Assembly (NCBI GenBank): GCA_002295925.1
Contig: DBGO01000010.1
Span: 161,706-225,705, forward strand
Reading direction: 5' to 3'
Source of the DNA: Flavobacteriales bacterium UBA852
Lineage (GTDB): Bacteria > Bacteroidota > Bacteroidia > Flavobacteriales_E > Vicingaceae
DNA: 64,000 bases
Shown: one piece after another, positions 46,482 to 57,211 of the stretch
Layout of the letters: each line of letters opens with the position of its first letter
How positions within the stretch are numbered: the stretch's first letter is position 1
Made by a program: the position numbers and the translations under genes
Notes under the pieces: generated by a model
Told to the model about the DNA's origin: nothing
Seen by the model: only the letters and a program-made list of their open reading frames with translations
Database searches by the model: none

Positions 46482-47498
46482 ATGCTGATTGATTTACGCA
46501 GTGATACTGTTACAAAACCAACTCCGGAAATGAAAGAAGCCATGTTTTCGGCTCCTGTTGGCGATGATGTTTTTGGCGAAGACCCTACCATCAATCAATT
46601 AGAGAAAATGGCTGCCGAAATGTTTGGCAAAGAAGCTGCAATTTTTGCCCCCAGCGGAACAATGACCAATCAAATAGCCATAAAAATTCACACTTCGGCT
46701 CCGGGAGAGGTTATTTGCGATGAACTTTCTCACATTTACAAATACGAAGGTGGTGGTATAGGATTTAACTCCGGATTAAGTGTCCGGTTACTGAAAGGCG
46801 ACAGAGGTCGTTTAACAGCCAATCAAATTGAAGAAAACATCAATCCCGATGACGTTCATCTCCCACCTACTCAGCTTATTTCGCTCGAAAATACTTGCAA
46901 CAAAGGAGCAGGAAGCATTTACGAGCTTAACGATATGCAAGCAATTGCTCAGGTGGCAAAAAAACATAATTTACCACTGCATTTGGATGGTGCCCGAATT
47001 TTTAATGCAATTATTGAAAAAGATTATTCGGCAAACGACATTGGGCAATTATTCGATACCATTTCCGTTTGCTTATCCAAAGGATTGGGCTGTCCGGTAG
47101 GTTCTGTTTTGGTTGGCGATGAAAAAAACATAAAAAAAGCCCGCCGAATACGTAAAATTTTGGGCGGAGGAATGAGACAAGCCGGAATTTTAGCCGCTGC
47201 CGGAATCTACGCATTGGAAAATAACATTTCACGTTTGAAAGATGACCACAACAGAGCAAAAGCAATTGGCGAAGCACTCAAGAATGCTTCTTTTGTAAAA
47301 GATATTATGCCCATAGAAACCAACATTGTGGTGTTTTATGTGCAAGACAACACCACCCCCGAAGCGATTTTAGAAAAACTAAAAGAAAAAAACATTTTAG
47401 CCGTGAAATTTGGTCCGCAAATGATTCGAATGGTTACTCACTTGGATTTTGACGATAAACAACTCGACCATTTGTGCAAGACAATAAAAAATATGTAA
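46482..47498 (+). CDS. ltaE: low-specificity L-threonine aldolase
   Basis: [31 protein letters not shown] and SVCLSKGLG (PLP lysine) motifs. Confidence 0.85.
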   Translation: MLIDLRSDTVTKPTPEMKEAMFSAPVGDDVFGEDPTINQLEKMAAEMFGKEAAIFAPSGTMTNQIAIKIHTSAPGEVICDELSHIYKYEGGGIGFNSGLSVRLLKGDRGRLTANQIEENINPDDVHLPPTQLISLENTCNKGAGSIYELNDMQAIAQVAKKHNLPLHLDGARIFNAIIEKDYSANDIGQLFDTISVCLSKGLGCPVGSVLVGDEKNIKKARRIRKILGGGMRQAGILAAAGIYALENNISRLKDDHNRAKAIGEALKNASFVKDIMPIETNIVVFYVQDNTTPEAILEKLKEKNILAVKFGPQMIRMVTHLDFDDKQLDHLCKTIKNM

Positions 47499-47535
47499 AA
47501 ACAAATTTGAATTATTCTTTTAACTCGAATTATCC

Positions 47536-47543
47536 TATTTTTG
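47536..47543 (+). promoter_or_regulatory. candidate -7 box (TAttTTTG)
   Basis: Exact TAnnTTTG match 23 nt upstream of the ATG at 47567. Confidence 0.45.
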
Positions 47544-47566
47544 AATAATAAAAAACTCACAACATT

Positions 47567-48349
47567 ATGGAATATAACAATATAATAAGCGAAAAAGAAG
47601 GTTATTTTCAAATCATTACCATTAACCGACCTAAGCAATTAAATGCCTTAAATAAAGAAACCATTGCCGAATTGAGCGATGCTTTTTCAAAAGCCGACAA
47701 TGATAAAAATGTACGTGTAGTTATTGTTACCGGAAGTGGCGAAAAAGCATTTGTTGCCGGAGCAGATATTAAAGAATTTTACAAGTTCAGTGTTGAAGAA
47801 GGAAAACGATTAAGCGCCGAAGGACATCAAAAACTGTTCGATTTGGTAGAAAATCTTTCCAAACCTGTAATTGCTGCCATCAACGGATTTGCATTGGGTG
47901 GCGGTTTAGAGTTGGCTATGTCGTGTCATATTCGTGTAGCTTCTGAAAATGCTAAACTTGGATTGCCCGAAGTTTCATTAGGCGTTATTCCCGGATATGG
48001 CGGAACACAACGATTGGCACAATTGGTGGGCAAGGGAAAAGCTTTTGAAATGATTACCACAGCACAAATGATTTCAGCTCAAGAAGCCTATCAATATCAT
48101 TTGGTCAATTATGTTACCTCGCCCGAAGAGTTATTGAACAAAGCCAAAGATATTGCCACAAAAATCTCACGCAATTCGCCTACGGCTATTGCTTCTGCCA
48201 TTCGTTCCATTAACGCAGGATATAAAGCAGGTGTAAACGGATTTGAAGTAGAAATTGAAGAGTTTGGAAAATGCTTTGGCACACCCGATTTTATTGAAGG
48301 AACCACTGCATTTGTAGAAAAACGCAAGCCCGAATTTAAAGGAGAATAA
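47567..48349 (+). CDS. enoyl-CoA hydratase/isomerase (crotonase) family protein
   Basis: NRPKQLNAL, FVAGADIKEF, AAINGFALGGGLELAMSCH motifs. Confidence 0.85.
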   Translation: MEYNNIISEKEGYFQIITINRPKQLNALNKETIAELSDAFSKADNDKNVRVVIVTGSGEKAFVAGADIKEFYKFSVEEGKRLSAEGHQKLFDLVENLSKPVIAAINGFALGGGLELAMSCHIRVASENAKLGLPEVSLGVIPGYGGTQRLAQLVGKGKAFEMITTAQMISAQEAYQYHLVNYVTSPEELLNKAKDIATKISRNSPTAIASAIRSINAGYKAGVNGFEVEIEEFGKCFGTPDFIEGTTAFVEKRKPEFKGE

Positions 48350-48358
48350 TTTTAGCTT

Positions 48359-49858
48359 TTGAATAAAATAAAAAGTTTAGCGGGACAAACTGCCATTTAC
48401 GGATTGAGCAGTATTATAGGCAGAATTTTCAATTATCTGCTTACCCCGCTTTACACCTATAAATTCAATCCTGAGCAATATGGGGTTTACACCGAAATGT
48501 ATGCCTATAGCGCTTTTTTGCTGGTTTTGCTCACTTACGGAATGGAAACCGCTTTTTTTCGTTTTGCCAAAAGCGAAGGCGAAAACCGTGTATTTGGCAC
48601 AACACTGATTTCAGTAGTTTCAACAGGTGTTTTGTTTTCAATTTTCGGCATTTTGTTTGCACCCTATATAAGTGATTGGCTCAATGGCGGACAAGATATT
48701 TCCATTCCTTACACAACTTATATCCGATGGTTTGTCGTAATTATTGTTTTAGACGCCATTACTTCCATTCCCTTTGCCAAACTGCGACAAGATAATAAAC
48801 CCAAAAAATTTGCTCTTGTTAAATTATTGAATATCGGGTTGAACATTGGCTTAAACTTATTCTTTATTTTATTTTGCCCTTATGTAATAGCACAAGGCGA
48901 ACAACATATTCTTTACTCTTTTGTCAATACATTTTACAACCCCGAGTTGGGTATCGGTTATGCCTTCATAGCCAATCTTATGGCTTCTGTCATTACTTTC
49001 ATCATTTTGATTCCCGAAATGCTGAAAGATAAACTTTCTTTTGATTTTGTTCTTTGGAAAAAACTGATACGTTATGCATCACCACTTATTGTTGTAGGTT
49101 TGGCAGGCATTATCAACGAAAATGCCGACCGGATTTTATTGAAAGAATTTTTACCTTTTGATACCGAAACCAAACTGAAAATGATAGGTATTTATGGTGC
49201 TTGTTACAAAATATCCATTTTGATGACCATCTTTATTCAAGCATTCAGGTATGCTGCCGAACCGTTTTTCTTTTCGCAAAAAGACCAAAAAGACGCCAAA
49301 CAAACCTACGCCGACGTTTTTAAATTTTTCATTATTGCTTGTAGCATTATTTATATGGGCGTAATGCTCAACTTATCGTGGCTCTCTTACTTTGTAGGAC
49401 CGGAATACAGAACCGGAATTTTCATTGTCCCCATTTTATTACTTGCTAATTTATTTTTGGGGGCTTATTACAATTTATCAGTTTGGTATAAAGTGACCGA
49501 CAAAACCCGATTTGGCGCTTACATTGGTTTAACCGGAGCTACCATAACCATACTGCTGAATATTTTGCTTATTCCTGTATTGGGTTACGAAGGAAGTGCT
49601 TGGGCTACCTTAATTTGCTATGGAAGTATGTTTGGACTTTCGTATGTTTTAGGTAAAAATTATTATCCGGTAAATTATCCGATAAAAAAATCTTTTTTAT
49701 ATCTGTTTACGGCATTAAGTGTTTCATTGCTGGCTTATTTCAAAATTGCAGACACTTCAACTTTTATCATTATCCTAAAAAATATAATATTAATTTTATT
49801 TGTGGCAGTTGTTTATTATCTTGAAATTTCTAAAGAAAAATTATCAAAAACCATATAA
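48359..49858 (+). CDS. MOP-superfamily oligosaccharide/polysaccharide flippase
   Basis: 499 aa, about 14 TM helices, TTG start; Wzx/polysaccharide-biosynthesis-protein-like topology. Confidence 0.65.
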   Translation: MNKIKSLAGQTAIYGLSSIIGRIFNYLLTPLYTYKFNPEQYGVYTEMYAYSAFLLVLLTYGMETAFFRFAKSEGENRVFGTTLISVVSTGVLFSIFGILFAPYISDWLNGGQDISIPYTTYIRWFVVIIVLDAITSIPFAKLRQDNKPKKFALVKLLNIGLNIGLNLFFILFCPYVIAQGEQHILYSFVNTFYNPELGIGYAFIANLMASVITFIILIPEMLKDKLSFDFVLWKKLIRYASPLIVVGLAGIINENADRILLKEFLPFDTETKLKMIGIYGACYKISILMTIFIQAFRYAAEPFFFSQKDQKDAKQTYADVFKFFIIACSIIYMGVMLNLSWLSYFVGPEYRTGIFIVPILLLANLFLGAYYNLSVWYKVTDKTRFGAYIGLTGATITILLNILLIPVLGYEGSAWATLICYGSMFGLSYVLGKNYYPVNYPIKKSFLYLFTALSVSLLAYFKIADTSTFIIILKNIILILFVAVVYYLEISKEKLSKTI

Positions 49859-49861
49859 CGT

Positions 49862-50296
49862 ATGAAAGTAAAAATCATCAATAAATCATCACATCCCTTG
49901 CCTCAGTATGCTACTGAAGCCTCGGCAGGATTAGATTTAAGAGCAAATATTGAAAATGACATTATACTCAAGCCATTGGAAAGAGCTTTAATAAAAACCG
50001 GTTTATTTATCGAATTACCTGTTGGCTACGAAGCACAAGTTCGTCCGCGTAGCGGTTTGGCATACAAACACGGAATTACGGTATTAAACACTCCGGGCAC
50101 TGTTGATGCCGATTACCGGGGCGAAATTGGCGTTATTTTGGTCAACCTTTCGAATGAACCTTTTACAATAACCAACGGCGAACGAATTGCCCAACTCGTT
50201 ATTGCCAAACACGAACAAGCCGAATGGATTGAAGTGTCCGAGTTATCTGACACATCTCGCGGTGCCGGCGGATTTGGCAGTACCGGAAAAAAATAA
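49862..50296 (+). CDS. dut: dUTP diphosphatase
   Basis: [29 protein letters not shown] and [10 protein letters not shown] motifs. Confidence 0.95.
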   Translation: MKVKIINKSSHPLPQYATEASAGLDLRANIENDIILKPLERALIKTGLFIELPVGYEAQVRPRSGLAYKHGITVLNTPGTVDADYRGEIGVILVNLSNEPFTITNGERIAQLVIAKHEQAEWIEVSELSDTSRGAGGFGSTGKK

Positions 50297-50308
50297 CACA
50301 ACCCACAT

Positions 50309-50316
50309 TATTTTTG
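50309..50316 (+). promoter_or_regulatory. candidate -7 box (TAttTTTG)
   Basis: Exact TAnnTTTG match 34 nt upstream of the ATG at 50351. Confidence 0.4.
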
Positions 50317-50350
50317 TAAATTTACGCACTTATTAAAATTGATTTAAAAA

Positions 50351-51355
50351 ATGAAAATTATCGTACCTATGGCGGGTATCGGAAAAAGAATGCGCCCGCA
50401 CACGTTAACTATACCCAAACCATTATTACCCATTGCCGGAAAACCTATTGTTCAGCGATTGGTAGAAGATATTGCCAAAGTTTGCAATGAACCCATAGAT
50501 GAAATTGCCTTTATTATCGGTGATTTTGGTAAAGAAGTAGAAGAAAATCTGAAAAAAGTAGCTCAAGATTTAGGTGCCGAAGGAAAAATCTTTCACCAAA
50601 AAGAAGCACTTGGAACTGCTCACGCCATAATGTGCGCCAAAGAAAGCTTGGACGGTAAAATTGTTGTAGCATTTGCCGATACACTTTTCCGTGCCGACTT
50701 CACTCTTGATGATTCTAAAGACAGCATTATTTGGGTGCAAAAAGTGGAAGACCCCAGACCATTTGGCGTTGTAAAACTGAATGATGAAGGCATTATTACC
50801 GATTTTGTGGAGAAACCCGAAACATTTGTATCTGACTTGGCAATAATCGGCATTTATTACTTTAAAGACGGTGCCAACTTACGCAAAGAATTACAATATT
50901 TATTGGACAACGATATTAAAGAAAAAGGTGAATATCAACTGACCAATGCGCTTGAAAATATGAAAAACAAAGGCGTAAAATTTGCCCCCGGCGAAGTAAA
51001 AGAATGGCTCGACTGCGGCAACAAAAACGCCACTGTATATACCAACCAGCGAGTATTGGAATTTTTACAACAAGACAATGAAAAATTGGTTGCCGATTCT
51101 GCTCAAATAACAAACAGTGTGGTTATTCCGCCATGTTATATTGGCGAAAATGTTGTGCTTGAAAACGCTGTTGTTGGTCCACACGTGTCTATCGGTGATA
51201 ATTCAACCATAAAAAACAGCAGAATTGAAAATTCAATTATTCAAACCAACACATCAATAGAAGGTGCCAATTACACCAATTCAATGATTGGTAACCATAC
51301 CACAATCAACGAAAAACCAAAAGACATTAGCGTTGGCGATTACAACCAGTTATAA
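50351..51355 (+). CDS. sugar-phosphate nucleotidyltransferase with C-terminal left-handed beta-helix
   Basis: IVPMAGIGKRMRPHTLTIPKPLLPIAGKP N-terminus; hexapeptide-like C-terminal repeats. Confidence 0.8.
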   Translation: MKIIVPMAGIGKRMRPHTLTIPKPLLPIAGKPIVQRLVEDIAKVCNEPIDEIAFIIGDFGKEVEENLKKVAQDLGAEGKIFHQKEALGTAHAIMCAKESLDGKIVVAFADTLFRADFTLDDSKDSIIWVQKVEDPRPFGVVKLNDEGIITDFVEKPETFVSDLAIIGIYYFKDGANLRKELQYLLDNDIKEKGEYQLTNALENMKNKGVKFAPGEVKEWLDCGNKNATVYTNQRVLEFLQQDNEKLVADSAQITNSVVIPPCYIGENVVLENAVVGPHVSIGDNSTIKNSRIENSIIQTNTSIEGANYTNSMIGNHTTINEKPKDISVGDYNQL

Positions 51356-53076
51356 TGCATGGTTTTCGCAACATAGCATTTTTATTGGCGGCATCAATAT
51401 TGATATCGAGTTGCTCTGTATTGCCAAAAAGCAAAAAGAAACAGCTCGATGCAAAACAAAAATTCGAATATGACTATTATTTTTTAAACGGACAAAAAGA
51501 AAAAATAATTGGGAATTTTGAATTGGCTGCCCAATTTTTTCAAGAATGCATTAAATTGAACCCTAACGAGCCGCAAGCTTTTTTTGACAATGCAACCATA
51601 TTCGACATTGCCGGGCAACCCGATTTAGCTTTAAAATATGCCAAAGAAGCTTACAACTTAAACCGCGAAAACTATTATTACGCCACTTTTTTATCCCAAT
51701 TATATCAAGAGTCGGAGCAATTTGACGAAGCCATTGAGGTTTTATCCAAAACCAAAAAATTGTTTCCCGACAAGATGGAAATTTATTTTGCTTTGGCACA
51801 CAATTATATTTTAAAAGGCGACTATAAAGCAGCTATTACGGTTTACGATGAAATTGAAAGCAAAACAGGTATTTCTGAGCGTGTATCAATGCAAAAACAA
51901 CGATTGTACACCCAACTGAATCAATGGGAAAAAGCCGAAGAAGAACTTAAACGCCTAATTGATGCTTTTCCCGAAAATCCCAAATATTACGGCTTACTTG
52001 CCGATTTATATGCCGCACAAGGCAAAGAACAAGAAGCTTTAAAAACTTATCGGGAGATTTTAAAAAAATACCCTGAAGAACCTTTCATACACCTGTCTTT
52101 GGCTGACTATTACCGTCAAAAACAAATGCCCGACTCTTCGTTTGCTCATTTGGAATTGGCTTTTTTCAATCCCGAATTGGATGTGGATACAAAAATGCAA
52201 ATTTTACTTTCTTTTTACACCATATCGGAGAATAACGAGAAATACAAACAAAATGCTTTTCGATTAATCGAAATTGCCAAAGAAGTTCATCCGAAAGAAG
52301 CAAAATTTTACACCATCGAAGGTGATTTTTTATATCGCGACGGCAAACTGAAAGAAGCGTTGAATGCCTACAAAAAAGCGGTGAAACTTGAACCCGACCA
52401 TTACGAAATTTGGAGTCAGATTACCTTGATTGAATCTGAACTTAAAATGTATAAGCAGGTATTGGAGGATGCTCAAAAAGCCATTGAATTATTCCCAAAT
52501 CAAGCCGTGTTGTATTACCTTTACGGTGTTGCCGCTTATCAATTGAAAGAATACCAAAAAGCCATCGATTATTTGGAAATTGGTAAAGAGTTAGTCGTCA
52601 ACAACAATAATTTACTCAGTCAGTTTTACGGAGCTTTGGGTGATGCCTATTATGCTATCGGAGAAAAAGACAAGGCATATAAAAATTATGATAAATCATT
52701 GCAATACCTTCCCGACAATGTTTATGTATTAAATAATTATGCCTACTATTTGTCGTTAGACAATAAGCAACTCGAAAAAGCCAAAGAAATGGCACATTTT
52801 GCCAACCAACTGGAACCCAACAAGCCTTCATTTGAAGACACTTACGGTTGGATTTTATATCAATTGAAAGATTATAAAGGTGCCGAAGAATGGATAAAAA
52901 GAGCCATTGAAAACGGCGCTTCAAAAAATGGCGTAATTCTTGAACACTACGGAGATGTACAATATCAATTGGGAAATATTGAAAAAGCTGTCGAATATTG
53001 GCAAAAAGCCAAAGATACCGGCAATGCTTCCAAAGATATTGACCTGAAAATTATGAACCAAAAAGTTGTGGAATAG
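51355..53076 (+). CDS. tetratricopeptide-repeat lipoprotein/secreted protein
   Basis: Signal/lipobox (…ISSCS); many TPR-like A..Y..A…P repeats; TAATG overlap with the upstream gene. Confidence 0.8.
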   Translation: MHGFRNIAFLLAASILISSCSVLPKSKKKQLDAKQKFEYDYYFLNGQKEKIIGNFELAAQFFQECIKLNPNEPQAFFDNATIFDIAGQPDLALKYAKEAYNLNRENYYYATFLSQLYQESEQFDEAIEVLSKTKKLFPDKMEIYFALAHNYILKGDYKAAITVYDEIESKTGISERVSMQKQRLYTQLNQWEKAEEELKRLIDAFPENPKYYGLLADLYAAQGKEQEALKTYREILKKYPEEPFIHLSLADYYRQKQMPDSSFAHLELAFFNPELDVDTKMQILLSFYTISENNEKYKQNAFRLIEIAKEVHPKEAKFYTIEGDFLYRDGKLKEALNAYKKAVKLEPDHYEIWSQITLIESELKMYKQVLEDAQKAIELFPNQAVLYYLYGVAAYQLKEYQKAIDYLEIGKELVVNNNNLLSQFYGALGDAYYAIGEKDKAYKNYDKSLQYLPDNVYVLNNYAYYLSLDNKQLEKAKEMAHFANQLEPNKPSFEDTYGWILYQLKDYKGAEEWIKRAIENGASKNGVILEHYGDVQYQLGNIEKAVEYWQKAKDTGNASKDIDLKIMNQKVVE

Positions 53077-53906
53077 TGCAGAGTAAAATTTCAAAATATA
53101 CCATTATAGTATTTCTTTCATTCTTTATTTTTTCTTGCAAAAACAAAGAAAAAACGGCAGAACACAACAAACTGAAAGCTCCCGACAAAGAAATAATAAA
53201 GAATTACACCAACAATACTTTTAATTTTAATACCGTAAGCGGAAAAGCAGCTCTAACCCTTACACAAAATGACAAGAAAAACTCATTTAAAATTACTTTC
53301 AGAATAAAAAAAGATAGTGTCATTTGGATATCCATAACACCGCTTTTGGGACTGGAAGTCGCTAGAGTAATGATCACACCCGATTCTGTATTTATGATCG
53401 ACCGCTTGCATAAAACCTATTATAAAAACAATATTGAAAACATTAACGAAATACTACACATTGATATAAGCTACAACTTGTTGCAAAACATTTTATTGGC
53501 AAATCCTGTGAGTATTGAACCCGAAAACAAAAAAGATAAAATTTACATCAGAAGAAACCGGAAAGAACAACTGTATTTTGTAAGTAATGTCAAACGACGT
53601 AAGTATCGAAAAGTAATAAATAAAGACAAAGACAAGTTTAAAGAAACGATAGAAACCATTTGGATTTATCCTGATAATTTTAAAATGGCTAAATTTGAAA
53701 TAAATGATTTTGAAGAAAACAAATATTTTAATGCAAAATATAAAGAATTTCAGACCATAGAAAATCAAATTTTCCCTAAACTCATTGAATACAATATTAA
53801 AAACGACAAAAATTATTCTTTAACTGTTGATTACACAAAAGTGAATATAAATTCGCCGGTAAAAGTATCGTTTAAGATACCCTCAAAGTATGGACAAATT
53901 AAGTAA
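53076..53906 (+). CDS. DUF4292-like (LolB-like) lipoprotein
   Basis: GTG start overlapping the TPR stop by 1 nt; lipobox FFIFSC; position between the TPR and M23 genes matches the Bacteroidota synteny I remember for DUF4292. Confidence 0.55.
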   Translation: MQSKISKYTIIVFLSFFIFSCKNKEKTAEHNKLKAPDKEIIKNYTNNTFNFNTVSGKAALTLTQNDKKNSFKITFRIKKDSVIWISITPLLGLEVARVMITPDSVFMIDRLHKTYYKNNIENINEILHIDISYNLLQNILLANPVSIEPENKKDKIYIRRNRKEQLYFVSNVKRRKYRKVINKDKDKFKETIETIWIYPDNFKMAKFEINDFEENKYFNAKYKEFQTIENQIFPKLIEYNIKNDKNYSLTVDYTKVNINSPVKVSFKIPSKYGQIK

Positions 53907-55116
53907 ACATATCATTCCTGCACTTTCATTGATTTTGCTCATACTGGCTTTTTCGGTTGCCAATGCGCAATCAAAAAAACAACTGGAACAAAAAAAGAAG
54001 AAGCTTCAGCAAGAAATATCTTACACCAACAAATTGCTGAAAAAAGCTCAAAAAAACAGGCAAGCATCTTTAAATGAACTGATAAAACTCAACAAAAAAA
54101 TATCCACAAGGCAAGAACTCGTTAATACCATCAACCACGAAATAAAGATTTTAAACTTGCAAATTATTCAAAAACAAGCATTGATAAAATCGCTCGAGAA
54201 TGATTTGAATAATTTAAAATCTGAATATGCCAATATGATATACGCCGCTTACAAACATCATAACGATTATGAGAAATTGGCTTATATATTTTCTTCAAAA
54301 GATTTTAATCAGGCATATAAAAGATTAAAATACCTTCAACAATACGCCGAATACCGAAAAAAACAAGCACAAGCAATAATCGAAACCAAAGAAAAACTGC
54401 AAAAAGAAGTAGCCGAATTGGAACAAAAAAAGCAAGAGAAACAAAACTTATTGCTCGAAAAAACAGAAGAAACCAATATTTTGGCAAAAGAAAAAACTAC
54501 CCAAGAAAAAACCATTGCCCAATTACAACAACAAGAACGTGAATTGCGCAAAAAATTAAAAGATGCCCAACGACAAGCTCGCCGTTTAGACGATGCCATT
54601 CAAAAAATTATTGCCGAAGAAATTAAAAAAGCTCGTGAGAACAAAAAAGCCACAAGCAAAGGAAGCAAAGGTTTCCCTATGACACCCGAAGCGCTTAAGT
54701 TATCCAACTCTTTTGCTGCCAACAAAGGCAAATTACCGTGGCCCGTAGAGAAAGGAATTATCACCGGAAAATTTGGCGAGCAACCGCATCCTGTATTAAA
54801 AGAAGTTATTGTAAAAAACAACGGCATTGATATTTCTACCGAAAAAGGAGCCGATGTACGCGCCGTTTACAACGGCGAAGTCAGTTCTGTGGTTATTATT
54901 CCCGGAGCCGGAAAAGTAGTAATGGTTCGCCACGGCGAATACTTAACCGTTTATTCTTATTTAAGCGAAGTTTACGTAAAAAAAGGCGATAAAGTAACCA
55001 TTAAACAACCCTTGGGGAAACTGGTAAAAGACAGTTCAAAACCCGACTCAAAAATGCATTTTGAAATTTGGAAAGGAATGACCAAACTCAATCCCGCATA
55101 TTGGATTTACAAGTAA
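53890..55116 (+). CDS. coiled-coil M23 peptidase-domain protein (EnvC-like murein hydrolase activator)
   Basis: Signal peptide, ~230-aa Gln/Lys/Glu coiled coil, C-terminal LytM/M23 domain (NNGIDIST…VMVRHGEYLTVYSYL…HFEIW). Confidence 0.85.
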   Translation: MDKLSKHIIPALSLILLILAFSVANAQSKKQLEQKKKKLQQEISYTNKLLKKAQKNRQASLNELIKLNKKISTRQELVNTINHEIKILNLQIIQKQALIKSLENDLNNLKSEYANMIYAAYKHHNDYEKLAYIFSSKDFNQAYKRLKYLQQYAEYRKKQAQAIIETKEKLQKEVAELEQKKQEKQNLLLEKTEETNILAKEKTTQEKTIAQLQQQERELRKKLKDAQRQARRLDDAIQKIIAEEIKKARENKKATSKGSKGFPMTPEALKLSNSFAANKGKLPWPVEKGIITGKFGEQPHPVLKEVIVKNNGIDISTEKGADVRAVYNGEVSSVVIIPGAGKVVMVRHGEYLTVYSYLSEVYVKKGDKVTIKQPLGKLVKDSSKPDSKMHFEIWKGMTKLNPAYWIYK

Positions 55117-55194
55117 GAACAATATATTCAAATTTTCTTCTTTGCATTTAACACATATTAAACCTTTCTGTTAAAATAATCTAAAAAGAAATAA

Positions 55195-55202
55195 TATCTT
55201 TG
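55195..55202 (+). promoter_or_regulatory. candidate -7 box (TAtcTTTG)
   Basis: Exact TAnnTTTG match 30 nt upstream of the clpP ATG. Confidence 0.45.
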
Positions 55203-55232
55203 TTTAGATAACAAACTTAAAAATACCTGAAT

Positions 55233-55910
55233 ATGTTTACTAAAAAAGATTTTAGAGATTACGCCGTAAAACACCGCGGCTTAAACGGATTGGCTTTTGA
55301 CCAATACACTTCAATATACAACGATTATATCTCACCTACCATTATCGAAGAGCGTCAGCTAAATGTTGCCACAATGGATGTTTTTTCGCGCTTAATGATG
55401 GATAGAATTATTTTCTTGGGTGTAGGAATAAACGATTATGTTGCCAATGTCATTCAAGCACAATTATTGTTTTTGGAATCGGTAGATGCCACCAAAGACA
55501 TTCAAATTTACATCAACTCACCCGGTGGTTCGGTTTATGCCGGTTTAGGCATTTACGATACAATGCAATACATTCAACCCGATGTTGCCACAATATGTAC
55601 AGGAATGGCAGCATCAATGGGAGCCGTATTGCTATGTGCCGGTCATCCCGGAAAAAGAACTGCATTGGAGCACTCTCGAGTAATGATTCACCAACCATTG
55701 GGTGGTGCTCAAGGACAAGCATCGGATATCGAAATTACGGCAAGAGAAATATTAAAGCTTAAAAATGAATTGTACGAAATTTTGGCTAAACATTCCGGTC
55801 AACCGTTCGAAAAAATCGAAGAAGACTCTGACCGTGACTACTGGATGCGCGCCGACGAAGCCAAAGAATACGGTATGATTGACGAAGTATTGATTAAAAC
55901 CAAAAAATAA
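55233..55910 (+). CDS. clpP: ATP-dependent Clp protease proteolytic subunit
   Basis: [19 protein letters not shown] (Ser), MIHQPLGG (His) catalytic motifs. Confidence 0.95.
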   Translation: MFTKKDFRDYAVKHRGLNGLAFDQYTSIYNDYISPTIIEERQLNVATMDVFSRLMMDRIIFLGVGINDYVANVIQAQLLFLESVDATKDIQIYINSPGGSVYAGLGIYDTMQYIQPDVATICTGMAASMGAVLLCAGHPGKRTALEHSRVMIHQPLGGAQGQASDIEITAREILKLKNELYEILAKHSGQPFEKIEEDSDRDYWMRADEAKEYGMIDEVLIKTKK

Positions 55911-55911
55911 T

Positions 55912-55949
55912 CTCCCCATTCCCCGTACTTAGGATACGGGGAGTTTTTT
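55912..55949 (+). terminator. hairpin plus T-run between clpP and clpX (terminator or attenuator)
   Basis: CCCCGTA-cttagga-TACGGGG (alternative outer pairing CTCCCC/GGGGAG) followed by TTTTTT, 15 nt before the clpX ATG. Confidence 0.55.
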
Positions 55950-55964
55950 AAACCAATTTCAACC

Positions 55965-57197
55965 ATGACAGACAGTAAACAAATAAAATGCTCTTTTTGC
56001 GGAAGAAAGAAGAATGAAGTAGATGTATTGATTGCCGGAATTAGCGGACACATTTGCAACTATTGTGTATCACAAGCGCAGCAAATTGTTGCCGATGAGA
56101 TTACCGAAAAAATGCAAGAGAGCATCAAAAAACAAATTAACCTACTGAAACCCAAAGAAATAAAATCTCATTTAGATGAATATGTTATTGGCCAAGATGA
56201 AGCTAAAAAAGTATTGAGTGTAGCTGTTTACAATCATTACAAGCGTATCCTGAACCCGGGAGAAAAAGACGACATTGAAATTGAAAAATCAAATATTTTG
56301 ATGGTTGGTCGAACCGGAACAGGAAAAACTTTATTGGCTCGAACAATAGCACGCATTTTGGAAGTGCCTTTTTGCATTGCCGACGCAACAGTTCTTACCG
56401 AAGCAGGTTATGTGGGTGAAGATGTAGAAAGTATATTGACTCGCTTGCTTCAAGCTGCCGATTACGATGTACAAGCCGCCGAAAGGGGTATTGTATTTAT
56501 TGACGAGATTGACAAAATTGCCCGAAAAAGCGATAATCCGTCCATCACACGCGATGTGAGTGGCGAAGGAGTGCAGCAAGCATTATTGAAATTACTTGAA
56601 GGAAACGAGGTAAATGTTCCGCCACAAGGCGGACGGAAGCATCCGGAGCAAAAAATGATTACCATCAACACCAAAAACATATTATTTGTTGCAGGCGGAG
56701 CTTTTGATGGAATTGAACGCATTATCGCCAATCGATTAAATACGGCATCGGTAGGTTATAAGTCGAGCACACATATGGAGTTTGACAAAGAAAATTTACT
56801 GCAATATGTAACACCACAAGATATTAAATCATTTGGGTTGATACCCGAACTCATAGGCCGTATGCCTGTGGTTACGCACCTTAATCCGTTAGACCGTGCA
56901 GCTTTGCGCCGAATACTCACCGAACCAAAAAATGCTATTATTAAGCAATACATCAAATTGTTTGAATTGGATGGAATTAAGCTCTCATTTGATAAGAGTG
57001 TGCTTGATTTTATTGTTGATAAAGCAGTAGAATATAAACTTGGTGCTCGTGGTTTGCGTTCAATAGTAGAAGCCATAATGCTCGATGCTATGTACGACTT
57101 GCCAAGCCAAGGAGATTTAAAAGAATTTAAGGTTACGCTCAGATATGCAACCGAAAAATTCAAAAAAGCAAATTTCAGTAAATTAAAAGCGGCTTAA
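55965..57197 (+). CDS. clpX: ATP-dependent Clp protease ATP-binding subunit ClpX
   Basis: N-terminal zinc finger CSFCG…CNYC, Walker A GRTGTGKT, IVFIDEIDK, GARGLRS. Confidence 0.95.
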   Translation: MTDSKQIKCSFCGRKKNEVDVLIAGISGHICNYCVSQAQQIVADEITEKMQESIKKQINLLKPKEIKSHLDEYVIGQDEAKKVLSVAVYNHYKRILNPGEKDDIEIEKSNILMVGRTGTGKTLLARTIARILEVPFCIADATVLTEAGYVGEDVESILTRLLQAADYDVQAAERGIVFIDEIDKIARKSDNPSITRDVSGEGVQQALLKLLEGNEVNVPPQGGRKHPEQKMITINTKNILFVAGGAFDGIERIIANRLNTASVGYKSSTHMEFDKENLLQYVTPQDIKSFGLIPELIGRMPVVTHLNPLDRAALRRILTEPKNAIIKQYIKLFELDGIKLSFDKSVLDFIVDKAVEYKLGARGLRSIVEAIMLDAMYDLPSQGDLKEFKVTLRYATEKFKKANFSKLKAA

Positions 57198-57211
57198 AAG
57201 CCGCTTTTTTT
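57185..57211. terminator. bidirectional terminator shared by convergent clpX and the RelA/SpoT gene
   Basis: AAAAGCGGC-ttaaaa-GCCGCTTTTTTT; the clpX stop codon sits in the loop and the rel stop in the T-run. Confidence 0.65.
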
